64,000 nt of DNA from Acutalibacteraceae bacterium (GCA_045538095.1 JAZSQU010000017.1:6614-70613); one strand, 5' to 3'. Positions 40,865 to 50,237 are shown, counted from the stretch's first letter. Numbers and translations: made by a program. Notes: a model not told the origin generated them from the sequence alone.

Positions 40865-42079
40865 ATGAAAATGGATAAAATCAAAATGGGTAAAATCGTC
40901 GAGATGGACGGCGACGAAATGACCAGAATCATCTGGAAAATGATTAAAGACGAGCTTCTCTCACCCTTCGTTGAGCTTAACACCGAATACTATGACCTTG
41001 GTCTTCCCTACCGTGACGAAACAAACGACCAGGTAAGCATTGATGCAGGTGAGGCAATTAAAAAGTACCACGTAGGCGTTAAGTGTGCAACAATTACTCC
41101 CAATGCTCAGAGAGTCGAAGAATACAAGCTCAAGGAAATGTGGAAGAGCCCCAACGGCACAATCAGAGCCATTCTTGACGGTACAGTTTTCAGAACACCT
41201 ATTCTTGTAAGCGGTGTTAAGCCTACCGTAAGAACATGGGAAGCGCCCATTACAATTGCCCGTCACGCATACGGTGACGTTTACAAGTCAACCGAATTCC
41301 GTCCCACAAAGCCCGGCAAGGCTGAGCTTGTTTTCACAAGCGAAGACGGTGAAGAGGAAAGAGCAACAATTTACGATTTTGAGTGTGGCGGCGTGCTTCA
41401 GGGTATGTATAACAAGGACACATCAATCCGTTCCTTCGCTCACTCATGCTTTAAATATGCCCTTTCAACAAAGCAGGATCTCTGGTTCTCAACAAAGGAT
41501 ACCATTTCAAAGAAATATGACCAGACCTTCAAGCTTATCTTTGAAGAAATCTACAACGAAAACTACAAAGAGGACTTTGAAAAGGCAGGCATTGAATACT
41601 TCTATACCCTTATTGACGATGCTGTTGCAAGAGTTATCCGTTCAAAGGGCGGTTATATCTGGGCTTGTAAAAACTATGACGGCGACGTAATGAGCGATAT
41701 GGTTTCAACTGCTTTCGGTTCACTCGCTATGATGACAAGCGTTCTCGTTTCACCCGACGGCAACTATGAATACGAGGCTGCTCACGGCACAGTTACACGT
41801 CACTACTACCGTTATCTTGAAGGCGAACAGACCTCAACAAACCCCATTGCAACAATTTTTGCATGGACAGGCGCACTTCGCAAGAGAGGTGAGCTTGACG
41901 GAAATAATGAGCTTATGGCTTTTGCTGACAAGCTTGAAAAGGCTTCACTTGATGTAATTGAAAGCGGAAGAATGACCAAGGACCTTGTGGGTCTCTGGGA
42001 AGGCTCAGAGGCTACGGCTCTCACAACGGAAGAGTTCATTATGGCTATTAAGGAAGAGCTTGTTAAGGCTATGGCATAA
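40865..42079 (+). CDS. icd: NADP-dependent isocitrate dehydrogenase (eukaryote-like homodimeric type)
   Basis: [13 protein letters not shown] and KCATITP motifs. ATG 40865 has AGGAG 5 nt upstream. Confidence 0.85.
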   Translation: MKMDKIKMGKIVEMDGDEMTRIIWKMIKDELLSPFVELNTEYYDLGLPYRDETNDQVSIDAGEAIKKYHVGVKCATITPNAQRVEEYKLKEMWKSPNGTIRAILDGTVFRTPILVSGVKPTVRTWEAPITIARHAYGDVYKSTEFRPTKPGKAELVFTSEDGEEERATIYDFECGGVLQGMYNKDTSIRSFAHSCFKYALSTKQDLWFSTKDTISKKYDQTFKLIFEEIYNENYKEDFEKAGIEYFYTLIDDAVARVIRSKGGYIWACKNYDGDVMSDMVSTAFGSLAMMTSVLVSPDGNYEYEAAHGTVTRHYYRYLEGEQTSTNPIATIFAWTGALRKRGELDGNNELMAFADKLEKASLDVIESGRMTKDLVGLWEGSEATALTTEEFIMAIKEELVKAMA

Positions 42080-42117
42080 TATTGCCAATTCCGTGCATAC
42101 CAAAAATTAAAAGACAA

Positions 42118-42165
42118 AGCAGATGCTTTATGTGGATTACCGCTGAAGCATCTGCTCTTTTTCTT
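42118..42165 (+). terminator. Rho-independent terminator of icd
   Basis: Arms agcagatgct (42118-42127) and agcatctgct (42147-42156), then ctttttctt. Confidence 0.7.
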
Positions 42166-42239
42166 AATTGATATTCTTTTTTACTGCAAATCTTTTTTGC
42201 TTTTCCGGAATTTTTTCATTTTCCCGGAGCATCGTCAGC

Positions 42240-43370
42240 TTAAAACTCAATCGTTGCGTGTTTTATATGGAATCTGTTCCAGGTGTATGTAATATGAAGA
42301 GTGTTACCGTCGGAAATTACCGTAGGATAGGAATACTCCGTAAAGAATAAAATGCTTCTCTGAAGATATGTTACGTCCTCCCAGGTTTTTCCGTTGTCCT
42401 CAGACACAGAAACAAGAAGCTGATGTCTCCTTTGTCTTACACCGCAAGGATTATAAACAAGCCAGAGCTTTCCGTCGTCGGTCATAGTACAATCTATTCC
42501 GCTGCTTCCGTGCATAAGACCTGTTGAGTATGCCTTACACCAAGTAATGCCGCCATCATAGGAATCGCTTCTGTAAATCCAACCGGCAAGAGTTCTGAAC
42601 ATAGCGTGGATATTACCGTCTTTATCCTGCCATAATGTAGGTTGAATCATCTCAACAAGGTTGCCTTCTTCATCGACAGCTTCAACATAATCGGTTTTTG
42701 TCCAGGTCTTACCACCGTCATAGGAAATATCAAAGAAAGCCTTCCATTGTCCTTGTTCAGTTGACGCAGGTGCAATTATAACACCGTCATCTCTCACAAG
42801 ACACTGATTTTTAACAGGGCCTCTGCCGCCGGAGGTATCACCCGGCACAAGCTCCTGAGGCCAGGTCCATGTATTGCCGCCATCGTAGGAATCCACATAT
42901 TTTGTAACCCAATCAGAAGGACTTGAGCCTACATGATAGAAAAGTCTTATGTAATCGCCAAAATTATGAAGCACGGGGTTATAGTGAGCTGCGTTATCAT
43001 CGGTGGGAACTGACTTCGGCTTTGACCAATCGTTACCGCTTTTTATACTGTACCATATTCTTACATCTTTACCGCCCTCTTGTGAACCGCCGAACCAAGC
43101 CGAAACAAGATTTCCGTTATCAAGCTTGATTACAGTTGAAGCGTGAGCACTCAAAAAGTATCTGAATGAAGGAAAAATTGCTTCCTTCTTAACTTTGACA
43201 GAGATATCAGACTTAGGATTGTAGCTGCCGAAAATAATACTCCAGTTGCGTTTTTTAGCCATTTCTTTACTTTCAGTAAAAGCGCTTACGGGAATTATTG
43301 CCGTAAACAAAAGAATCGATGATAATACTATGCCGCAAATTCTTTTTGTAATTTTTTTCATATTTATCAC
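42240..43370 (-). CDS. Secreted BNR/Asp-box repeat protein (exo-alpha-sialidase-like beta-propeller)
   Basis: 376 aa with a signal peptide. Four S-x-D-x-G-x-T-W boxes: SYDGGNTW, SYDGGKTW, SYDGGITW, SEDNGKTW. Confidence 0.65.
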   Translation of the reverse strand: MINMKKITKRICGIVLSSILLFTAIIPVSAFTESKEMAKKRNWSIIFGSYNPKSDISVKVKKEAIFPSFRYFLSAHASTVIKLDNGNLVSAWFGGSQEGGKDVRIWYSIKSGNDWSKPKSVPTDDNAAHYNPVLHNFGDYIRLFYHVGSSPSDWVTKYVDSYDGGNTWTWPQELVPGDTSGGRGPVKNQCLVRDDGVIIAPASTEQGQWKAFFDISYDGGKTWTKTDYVEAVDEEGNLVEMIQPTLWQDKDGNIHAMFRTLAGWIYRSDSYDGGITWCKAYSTGLMHGSSGIDCTMTDDGKLWLVYNPCGVRQRRHQLLVSVSEDNGKTWEDVTYLQRSILFFTEYSYPTVISDGNTLHITYTWNRFHIKHATIEF

Positions 43371-43432
43371 TTCTTTCTTTAATTATGTTTGTATAATAAC
43401 ACTTTATCTTATTTTTGTAAAGAGAGAAGAGG

Positions 43433-43468
43433 TAAAAATAAAGCAGGTCTTCGCTTTGAAGACCTGCT
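43433..43468 (-). terminator. Terminator of the rpsF-ssb-rpsR operon
   Basis: Arms agcaggtcttc and gaagacctgct, with a T-run on the minus strand. Confidence 0.8.
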
Positions 43469-43480
43469 CATTATTTTTAA

Positions 43481-43723
43481 TTAGTCAGCTGTGTAAGCCA
43501 TAAGTGCTACCTGACGAGCACGCTTGATTGCTGTTGTGAGCTCTCTCTGATGTCTTGCACAAGTGCCTGTTACACGGCGGGGAAGGATCTTAGCTCTGTC
43601 TGATGTGAACTTTCTGAGCTTCTGTACGTCCTTGTAGTCGATTTCTTCTACCTTGTCAACACAGAATGCGCAAACCTTCTTGCGTGACTTTCTGTTCTGA
43701 CGAGCGCCTTTTTCAAATGCCAT
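43481..43723 (-). CDS. rpsR: 30S ribosomal protein S18
   Basis: 80 aa. CAFC...IDYKD...L..F.S.R.KILPRR.TG.CA.HQR. Confidence 0.95.
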   Translation of the reverse strand: MAFEKGARQNRKSRKKVCAFCVDKVEEIDYKDVQKLRKFTSDRAKILPRRVTGTCARHQRELTTAIKRARQVALMAYTAD

Positions 43724-43770
43724 GAGAATTTTCCTCCTGTTCGTAAAATTAACTTTGCGTATTTACGCAA

Positions 43771-44211
43771 TTAAAAGGGTAAATCTTCGTCGTCTGTGAT
43801 TTCTTCAAAATCACCGGGAGCTGCTGTCTGGTATGAGGGAGCAGGTGCTGCAGCTGCAGGAGCAGGATTATAGTTGCCTGTGCCTGTTTCAGCCTTTGAA
43901 CCGCAGAAGCTTACTTCTCTTGCAAGAACTTCAAATGCTGTTCTCTTATTACCGCTTTGATCTTCATACTGACGGGTCTGAATTGAACCCTGAATAGCAA
44001 TCATTGAACCCTTAGTAAAGTATCTTGTAACAAAGTTAGCAGTACTTTCCCAAGCAACAATTGTAATGAAATCAGCCTGTCTCTGTTCTCCTGCTCTTAC
44101 AAAAGAACGGTCAACAGCAATACGGAATGTACACACAGCCTTGCCTGAAGTTGTTGTGCGAAGCTCCGGGTCAGCAACGAGTCTGCCCATAAGTGTTACG
44201 CAGTTAAGCAT
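43771..44211 (-). CDS. ssb: Single-stranded DNA-binding protein
   Basis: 146 aa. OB fold and an acidic tail ending DDEDLPF. Confidence 0.95.
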   Translation of the reverse strand: MLNCVTLMGRLVADPELRTTTSGKAVCTFRIAVDRSFVRAGEQRQADFITIVAWESTANFVTRYFTKGSMIAIQGSIQTRQYEDQSGNKRTAFEVLAREVSFCGSKAETGTGNYNPAPAAAAPAPSYQTAAPGDFEEITDDEDLPF

Positions 44212-44226
44212 AATTTAGGCTCCTCC

Positions 44227-44517
44227 TTACTTTCTGATTGTGAGAACGCGAAGTACGCCGTCTGTGATCTTAGCAACACGGTCGATTTCTGCGGGAAGTG
44301 ATGCTTCACCGGCATAGTTCATGAGAATGTATGCGCCTGTTGTTTCGTCGTTGATTTCGTAAGCAAGTGTACGAACGCCGCCGTTTGCACCGAAGGGTTC
44401 ACACTTATCAAGTGTACCGTTCTTAGCAATAAGAGCGCTGAACTTCTCTGTGAGTGCTGTTACGCCTTCTTCACCCTTTGCAGTTGAAAATACGAACATT
44501 GTCTCATAATTGTTCAT
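44227..44517 (-). CDS. rpsF: 30S ribosomal protein S6
   Basis: Start ATG 44517 (MNNYETMFVF...), with AAGGAGG 7 nt upstream. The ORF-track extension to 44631 runs through the promoter. Confidence 0.9.
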   Translation of the reverse strand: MNNYETMFVFSTAKGEEGVTALTEKFSALIAKNGTLDKCEPFGANGGVRTLAYEINDETTGAYILMNYAGEASLPAEIDRVAKITDGVLRVLTIRK

Positions 44518-44631
44518 GTCTTTTACCTCCTTATGGTCTCTGGCCCTGCATCCTCGTGCAGAGCAAGGAATTTTTGTTGCAGACACACTGCAACAGTTAA
44601 AGATTATAACAGTATTTGCCACTGTTGTCAA
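44518..44631 (-). promoter_or_regulatory. Consensus promoter plus structured rpsF 5' leader
   Basis: Minus strand reads TTGACA (44626-44631), 17 nt, TATAAT (44603-44608). The leader has hairpins gttgcag/ctgcaac and ctgca/tgcag. Confidence 0.7.
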
Positions 44632-44679
44632 GAGTTTAAGGAGGTTTTATTCAAGTTTTTTAAAGATTTTATCTTAATT

Positions 44680-45267
44680 TTATTTTGCTAAATCTACAAT
44701 GATGTCAACACACTTTTCGGGTGTCAGGGTACCACTGTCAAGGGAAATATGATAATTCTCCACGTTACCCCAATTTCTGCCCGTAAAGTATTTGTAGTTA
44801 GCCTTGCGCTTTGAATCTTTCTCTTCAAGACGCTTTTCAGGGCTTTTATCCCTTACACCGTAACGTTCAACTATATGCTTAGCTCTGTAGCTCTTATCGG
44901 CATAAATGAAAACGTTAAGGCAATCCTCGCGCTCACGGAGAATATAGTCGGCACATCGACCTACAATTACGCAGTTGCCTTTTTCTGCAAGCTCCATAAT
45001 AACGCTGCACTGCGCACTCCAGAGATAGTCGGAAGCATTCATTGATCCCGGACTTGTTCCTGATGAAAAAGCATAGGACAGAATACTTTTGCCCGGTGCA
45101 TACTCACCTGCATCTTCAATATAAGATGGGTGAAGTCCCGTTTTTTCAGCCACCTGAAGAACCAGCTCACTGTCGTAATAGGCATAGCCCAGCTTTTCTG
45201 CCACCTCTTTGCCTATACTTCTGCCGCCTGAACCGAACTGTCTGCTGATTGTAATTATCTTTTTCAC
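44680..45267 (-). CDS. Cytidylate-kinase-like family protein
   Basis: Start GTG 45267 with AGAGGTG upstream. KKIITISRQFGSGGRSIGKEVAEKLG is typical of the family. Confidence 0.65.
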   Translation of the reverse strand: MKKIITISRQFGSGGRSIGKEVAEKLGYAYYDSELVLQVAEKTGLHPSYIEDAGEYAPGKSILSYAFSSGTSPGSMNASDYLWSAQCSVIMELAEKGNCVIVGRCADYILREREDCLNVFIYADKSYRAKHIVERYGVRDKSPEKRLEEKDSKRKANYKYFTGRNWGNVENYHISLDSGTLTPEKCVDIIVDLAK

Positions 45268-45433
45268 AATAAACACCTCTTTTACATATAGTATGTTCAT
45301 TTTCATTATACTAGAAAAGAGGTTTCTCATGCAATATGAAAATTTAACAAAAGTCTTTGTGTGTTTTGCTGTGTAATGTCTGCCCTTCAATCTGTGCATA
45401 TTAACTAAATATTAACGAATTTTTCGAAAGCGA

Positions 45434-45462
45434 TTGACAACAGATTAAATTCGTAGTAAAAT
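45434..45462 (+). promoter_or_regulatory. Sigma-A-type promoter of the S1-S2 small-peptide operon
   Basis: TTGACA (45434-45439), 17 nt, TAAAAT (45457-45462). Confidence 0.6.
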
Positions 45463-45523
45463 AAGCTTGACTACAGAGGTTATATACCTTTTAGAAATTA
45501 CGTAATGAAAAGGAGAATAAAGT

Positions 45524-45652
45524 ATGTTCAATCATATTGACTGGAATGCTTTCATGCAGGTATGGGACGAATTCCTTAAGTTTATGGATACAGTTATTGA
45601 ATGGCTTATGTTTGTTCTTGCAGACGGCCCCAAGCCCGGCGAAGGATTATAA
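45524..45652 (+). CDS. Small peptide S1 (42 aa), amphipathic and Trp/Phe-rich
   Basis: AAAGGAG RBS 8 nt upstream. MFNHIDWNAFMQVWDEFLKFMDTVIEWLMFVLADGPKPGEGL. Below the ORF-track cutoff. Confidence 0.6.
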   Translation: MFNHIDWNAFMQVWDEFLKFMDTVIEWLMFVLADGPKPGEGL

Positions 45653-45672
45653 TTAATAAAGGAGTATAAAAT

Positions 45673-45786
45673 ATGTTTGGTTCAAACGATGCTGAAACCA
45701 TGAATCTGATTTACAGGCTCTATATGATTCTTTCAAGAGCTGCAACTGCTTGGTTTAAATTTATTCAGGCTCTCTACAATTCATAA
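45673..45786 (+). CDS. Small peptide S2 (37 aa)
   Basis: AAAGGAG RBS 8 nt upstream. MFGSNDAETMNLIYRLYMILSRAATAWFKFIQALYNS. Confidence 0.6.
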   Translation: MFGSNDAETMNLIYRLYMILSRAATAWFKFIQALYNS

Positions 45787-45795
45787 AAACATATG

Positions 45796-45829
45796 GCTGT
45801 TACGCGAAAGTGTAACAGCTTTCTTTTAT
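45796..45829 (+). terminator. Terminator after S1-S2
   Basis: Arms gctgttac and gtaacagc, then tttcttttat. A second hairpin, aagtcgc/gcgactt plus a T-run, lies at 45851-45880. Confidence 0.7.
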
Positions 45830-45938
45830 CCCCCAATAAACCAGTTTGAGAAGTCGCACTGAAGCGACTTTATTTTTTGTACGGACAACACAAAAAAGCC
45901 ACCGCATTTCTGCAGTGGCTAAAGTACCAAGTCAAATC

Positions 45939-46868
45939 TTAGTATGTAATTGTGTATGTGTCGTCAAGTGAACCTGCGATACCGATTGTAGCGGAGATGG
46001 GCGGGAACTTGATCTTACCTGAACCTGAACCTTCGATGGGCATCTTGAGAGCGAGAACTGTAAGTCTGCCTTCGCCGTCAACTGTTGCTTCAAGTGTTGC
46101 ACCTGCATAAGCCATATCAGCACTTGTGATTGAAACCATATCAGTGCCAAGGTCAAGAGTTGCAAGGTTAAGAGGATCAGTAATTGTCTGATGGAGTACG
46201 GGATATGTTGTATTTGTACCGTCGAACTTTGATGATTCGGGCTTGATAACGATTGTCATCTTGTAGCCTGCGCCGTCTGCTGCTGCTGTTGCTGATGCAA
46301 CTGCATCTGTTGTAAGAGCTGCGTCTCTGTCGCCGGGTGTAATAGCATTGTAAAGCTTACCGTCTGCATCGTTAACACCGTTGTTGTAGTCAGCTTCCCA
46401 AGCTGATGAACCTGCAAGGTTATCTACGATAGGCTGAATGATACCTGCAACTACGTCGCCGCCCGGGCAGTCTGTGATCTGAAGTGAAATTACGCTGTCC
46501 TTCTTGAAGTGGCATGTGCCCTTGAAGTTCTTAGCATCATTGATAGCCTTGTTGTAAGCTGCAACTACTTCTGCGGGTGTACCGGGAACTTTGCTGTCGC
46601 CTGCGGGCTTGTTAGCTTCAGGAGCCTTTGTTGTGTCATCATTGCCTGCGGGAGCCTGTGATGAGGGCTGAGTGCTGGGCTGTGTTGAAGGCTGAGTGCT
46701 GGGCTGTGTTGACTGTGTGGGAGCGGGAGTATTGCCACCTACAGGAGCTGAGTCACCTTCGTACTTAACGTTAACTGTGATTCCTTTTGTTGCGCCGATG
46801 CCGAAGCCGCTTAAGAAAATGATGAGGGCTGCAAGAACAATGGCAACAACCTTGATTTCTTTCTTCAT
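45939..46868 (-). CDS. Membrane-anchored or secreted protein with a (S/T)QP-repeat linker; function unknown
   Basis: 309 aa. N-terminal hydrophobic segment, then the linker STQPSTQPSTQPSTQPSSQ, which is a DNA tandem repeat around 46660-46720. Confidence 0.7.
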   Translation of the reverse strand: MKKEIKVVAIVLAALIIFLSGFGIGATKGITVNVKYEGDSAPVGGNTPAPTQSTQPSTQPSTQPSTQPSSQAPAGNDDTTKAPEANKPAGDSKVPGTPAEVVAAYNKAINDAKNFKGTCHFKKDSVISLQITDCPGGDVVAGIIQPIVDNLAGSSAWEADYNNGVNDADGKLYNAITPGDRDAALTTDAVASATAAADGAGYKMTIVIKPESSKFDGTNTTYPVLHQTITDPLNLATLDLGTDMVSITSADMAYAGATLEATVDGEGRLTVLALKMPIEGSGSGKIKFPPISATIGIAGSLDDTYTITY

Positions 46869-47222
46869 GGTCTGTTAAACCCCTTTCAAAAATTTACGCC
46901 TTTTCTCCGGCGCTTTTTTCCGTAGTATGCTTCGTGCTTGAAGGCACGCAAACATTTACTTAATAAAGGTACACTAAAAATCGAAAAAAGTCAAGCAGTT
47001 TTACGTAAATTTGCAAAAAGATTTTTCATTTATTTTTCTGTTCATTTTTCTTCGTTTTTTTCACCAAAAAAAAGGCTTTAAAATCGTATAAAACTGACAA
47101 AGTTTATCATCAGGAATTTTCCATTGCCATTTTTTGTTAAAAAGGTGTTGCATTTGCTGTCATTAAAGTGGTATTCTATATACTATAAGAAAAGCAAGTT
47201 TTATCCTGAAAGGAGAAGTGTG

Positions 47223-47453
47223 ATGAAAAAGATTATTGAAGTTACCGGTATGCACTGTCAGCACTGCGCAAAAGCCGTTGAAGACGAGCTTAAAAAAATT
47301 GACGGTGTGGGCAAGGTGAAGGCTGACCACGAAAAAAACTCTGCAACTGTTTCAATGAAGAGTGAAATCAGCGACGAGCTTCTCATCAAAGCAGTTGAAG
47401 AAGCAGGTTTTACCCCGGGTATTATAACTGTAAAAGAAGGACTTTTCGGATAA
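47223..47453 (+). CDS. copZ: Heavy-metal-associated (HMA) domain copper chaperone
   Basis: 76 aa from ATG 47223 (RBS AAAGGAG). GMHCQHC metal-binding motif. Confidence 0.8.
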   Translation: MKKIIEVTGMHCQHCAKAVEDELKKIDGVGKVKADHEKNSATVSMKSEISDELLIKAVEEAGFTPGIITVKEGLFG

Positions 47454-47487
47454 TTCATTTTTCAATCAATTAAAGGAGAGATTTTAA

Positions 47488-49011
47488 ATGGCTAAAGAAA
47501 AAAAGCAAAAGGAAGCTCCCGTAAACGAGCACCCTAATAAAATAGGCGTCAAGGATGCTGCAGGTTATACTATTGCCGAAGCTGCGAATATGTTTAACCT
47601 TACGTACATTTCAAGCTACCTTAAAATGTTCATGACCGACGTTCTCGGCATTGCTCCTGCAAAAGCCGGCGTTATGTTTATGATTACCCGTATCTGGGAC
47701 TGCATCAACGACCCCTTGTGGGGTGCGCTGGTTGCAAAAAGAGCACCCTCAAAGAACGGAAAGTTCCGTCCTTACCTCAAGTGGGTTGCCTTTCCTCTCG
47801 GAATTTCAACAATTCTCTGTTTCCTTCCCTATCATCAGTTTACTCAGAGTCAGGGACTCCTTCTCGGTATATGCTACATCACCTACTGCCTTTACGGCAT
47901 GATGTACACAGGTATGAACATACCCTTCGGCTCACTTGCTTCAGTTATTACCGATGACCCCAACGGCAGAAACCTTCTTTCAACCTTCCGTTCAATCGGT
48001 TCAGGTATCGGCGGCGCCGTGGTTTCACTTCTCGCTCCCTTGTTTATTTACTCAGTTAAGATGGAAAACGGAGCAGAAGTTATTGACCCAATCACAAACG
48101 AAGTAATTAAGCAGACCGACGGCAACAAAATGTTCATTTTCGGTCTTGTTATGGGTATTCTTTCAATTATCTTCTACCTTGTAGGCTTCAAGACTACAAA
48201 GGAAAGAGTTCCCTCAGAAGCAGACCCCAAGGTTGACCTTAAGAAAACCTACCTGGGACTTCTCAAGTCAAGACCCTTTGTTACTGTTGCACTTGCAGGT
48301 GTACTTATTTCAGGTCAGCTTCAGTTCAACTCATTCAATACATACCTTTATAAGAACTACTTTACAAATACAGACCTCGGTATTCTCGGCACAATCTGTA
48401 ACTATCTTCCCATGGTCTGCCTTGTTCTCTTCACTCCGAAGCTTTCAGCAAAATTCGGCAAAAAAGAGCTTTGCGGCAAGTTCTCAATCATTGCAGCTAT
48501 TACTTCAGTTGTACTTGCAATTCTCGCAAACAATCAAAGCTTTATCGATATGATAAATCCCGACAAGGGCATTTTCCCTGCGTGGATGTTCATGACTTCG
48601 CTTCTTCTTATCGGTTTCGGTTATACCTTTGTAAGCCTTACCTGCTGGGCAGTTGTAATGGACGTTATTGACTATCAGGAATACACCACCGGCATCAGAA
48701 GTGAAAGCGCAGTTTATGCCGTTTACACCTTCTCAAGAAAGCTCGGTCAGACAATCGCTGACACAGCAGGTCTTTTCCTTCTTCAGTGGGCTAAATATGA
48801 CAGCACAACAGCCGGCAACGGTTTCATTACAGAAAACGGTACAAGTAAGAAAATTATGCTTATCTGCACAATCATACCTGCCGTTGTTTACACCGGCGTA
48901 TGGCTTCTTATGAGATTCGGTTATCCTCTCACCAAGGAAAGACTTGAACCCATTTATGCTTTTGTAAGAGAGAAGAGAGAGGCTGCTGAAGCCGAGGCTA
49001 AAGAGGCATAA
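47488..49011 (+). CDS. GPH-family glycoside-pentoside-hexuronide:cation symporter (intact)
   Basis: 507 aa, about 12 TM segments. RIWDCINDPLWGALV motif. Confidence 0.8.
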   Translation: MAKEKKQKEAPVNEHPNKIGVKDAAGYTIAEAANMFNLTYISSYLKMFMTDVLGIAPAKAGVMFMITRIWDCINDPLWGALVAKRAPSKNGKFRPYLKWVAFPLGISTILCFLPYHQFTQSQGLLLGICYITYCLYGMMYTGMNIPFGSLASVITDDPNGRNLLSTFRSIGSGIGGAVVSLLAPLFIYSVKMENGAEVIDPITNEVIKQTDGNKMFIFGLVMGILSIIFYLVGFKTTKERVPSEADPKVDLKKTYLGLLKSRPFVTVALAGVLISGQLQFNSFNTYLYKNYFTNTDLGILGTICNYLPMVCLVLFTPKLSAKFGKKELCGKFSIIAAITSVVLAILANNQSFIDMINPDKGIFPAWMFMTSLLLIGFGYTFVSLTCWAVVMDVIDYQEYTTGIRSESAVYAVYTFSRKLGQTIADTAGLFLLQWAKYDSTTAGNGFITENGTSKKIMLICTIIPAVVYTGVWLLMRFGYPLTKERLEPIYAFVREKREAAEAEAKEA

Positions 49012-49019
49012 GTTTGAAC

Positions 49020-49048
49020 TTGACAAAATAAAAAACTCCGTGTATAAT
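49020..49048 (+). promoter_or_regulatory. Perfect consensus sigma-A promoter with no ORF downstream
   Basis: TTGACA (49020-49025), 17 nt, TATAAT (49043-49048). Confidence 0.65.
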
Positions 49049-49062
49049 GGAAATACACGGAG
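49030..49062 (-). terminator. Minus-strand terminator for the small toxin-like gene
   Basis: Arms ctccgtgta (49036-49044) and tacacggag (49054-49062), with a T-run on the minus strand (plus-strand A-run 49030-49035). Confidence 0.6.
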
Positions 49063-49151
49063 AGGTTCTCTGCAATAAGCAGGTAACTCCCAGATATTGA
49101 TGTTAAAGATGAACACCGCGATTTGGAAGATGGGCGGTGTTCTTCTTATTT
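49055..49151 (+). ncRNA. Candidate ~95-nt antisense sRNA (type I antitoxin candidate)
   Basis: Runs from the consensus promoter to a terminator: gaacaccgc (49111-49119) with gcggtgttc (49134-49142), then ttcttattt. No ORF. It lies wholly inside the predicted 3' UTR of the convergent small toxin-like gene. Confidence 0.5.
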
Positions 49152-49180
49152 ATGTATTAAATCTCATACTAAATATGAAG

Positions 49181-49285
49181 TCATTTGTTACGTTTTCCTT
49201 TTCGGATATCCTTAAGTACTTTGTAACAGAATGAGATAATAGCAAGTATCAGATTAATGATTGCACATTTTTCTGATATTGTCAT
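49181..49285 (-). CDS. 34-aa hydrophobic/basic peptide, type I toxin-like (Fst/holin-like-toxin architecture)
   Basis: GGGGGTG RBS 5 nt upstream of the ATG. MTISEKCAIINLILAIISFCYKVLKDIRKGKRNK: one hydrophobic helix plus a Lys/Arg tail. Confidence 0.55.
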   Translation of the reverse strand: MTISEKCAIINLILAIISFCYKVLKDIRKGKRNK

Positions 49286-49354
49286 ACTATCACCCCCTTC
49301 TTCAAAATGAAAAGGGAGTTACCGCCTACTGTTTTATGCAGATTACCTGCGGTA

Positions 49355-49383
49355 ATTTTGTCATAGCGGCATAAAAAAGTCAA
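49355..49383 (-). promoter_or_regulatory. Possible promoter of the toxin-like gene
   Basis: Minus strand reads TTGACT (49378-49383), 17 nt, CAAAAT (49355-49360). In the leader, ACUCCCUU (plus 49312-49319) can pair with the SD AAGGGGGU (plus 49291-49299). Confidence 0.4.
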
Positions 49384-49482
49384 CTGCAACCACAGGTTGC
49401 GTAAATTCCAAGTAAAGTTTATTGCTTTTTCTCTCATTGTAAAGTACAATAAAACCAGCAAATCAAAGAAAGGCTGATAATT

Positions 49483-50199
49483 ATGAAGCTACACGATAAG
49501 ATATATGAACTCAGAAAAAAGGAAGGTCTTTCTCAGGAAGCTCTTGCTGAAAAGTTAGGAGTTTCAAGGCAGTCTGTCAGCAAGTGGGAAACAGGCGAAG
49601 CTACACCTGAGGTCACTAAGCTTGTGGCTATCAGCAAACTTTTCGGTGTTACAACAGATTATCTTCTGAATGATGAGACTGAAGAAGAAAAGGAGATTGA
49701 AACTCCGATTTTTGAAATGCCCTCATCCGCTTTTGAAGCGACTTCCGTAAACGAAACAACTTCGCCGAAAAAGAAAAATAAATCTGTAAAAGGACTTGTA
49801 ATTGCACTTTTAATCTGCATTATGCTGTGCATTCTCACGCCCCTTATAGTTGCTATTTTAGGTTTCAGTATATTTCAGATGAGTCCCGACGCAGAGACAA
49901 TATACGCCGAAACTGCACCCGGCTATGAAATTGAAGTTATGCCGAGCATTCCCGTAAGCGTTGAACCTGATGAAACCTATCCCTACGACGCAGACGATAC
50001 TGTCAGCGTCAGCTATCCCGACGAAAGCAGCGGAGAAGTCATTATACATTTTGAACAAAGCTCTTCAAGCGAGCCTCAATCAAGCTCTGCTTTCAGTGTT
50101 GCAGGTGTTCTTGCACTTGTTTTCGGTTTGCCTGCGTTGGCAATTCCGATTCTGATTATAGCACTCATAATACTTCTTATAAAACGAAAAAGGCAATAA
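49483..50199 (+). CDS. XRE-family HTH regulator with C-terminal membrane anchors
   Basis: 238 aa. [26 protein letters not shown], then two hydrophobic segments. Confidence 0.8.
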   Translation: MKLHDKIYELRKKEGLSQEALAEKLGVSRQSVSKWETGEATPEVTKLVAISKLFGVTTDYLLNDETEEEKEIETPIFEMPSSAFEATSVNETTSPKKKNKSVKGLVIALLICIMLCILTPLIVAILGFSIFQMSPDAETIYAETAPGYEIEVMPSIPVSVEPDETYPYDADDTVSVSYPDESSGEVIIHFEQSSSSEPQSSSAFSVAGVLALVFGLPALAIPILIIALIILLIKRKRQ

Positions 50200-50204
50200 A
50201 AACT

Positions 50205-50236
50205 GCAGACTGTCAAAGGCGACAGTCTGCTTTCAC
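50205..50236. terminator. Bidirectional terminator (XRE gene / mfd)
   Basis: Arms gcagactgtc (50205-50214) and gacagtctgc (50221-50230), flanked by an A-run and a T-run. Confidence 0.75.
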
Positions 50237-50237
50237 T

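Noticed and set aside
49036-49062. Hairpin ctccgtgta/tacacggag as the terminator of the plus-strand GPH transporter
   Set aside because: On the plus strand no T-run follows it. The U-tract is on the minus strand, so it fits better as the terminator of the convergent toxin-like gene. The transporter more likely terminates at 49111-49151.
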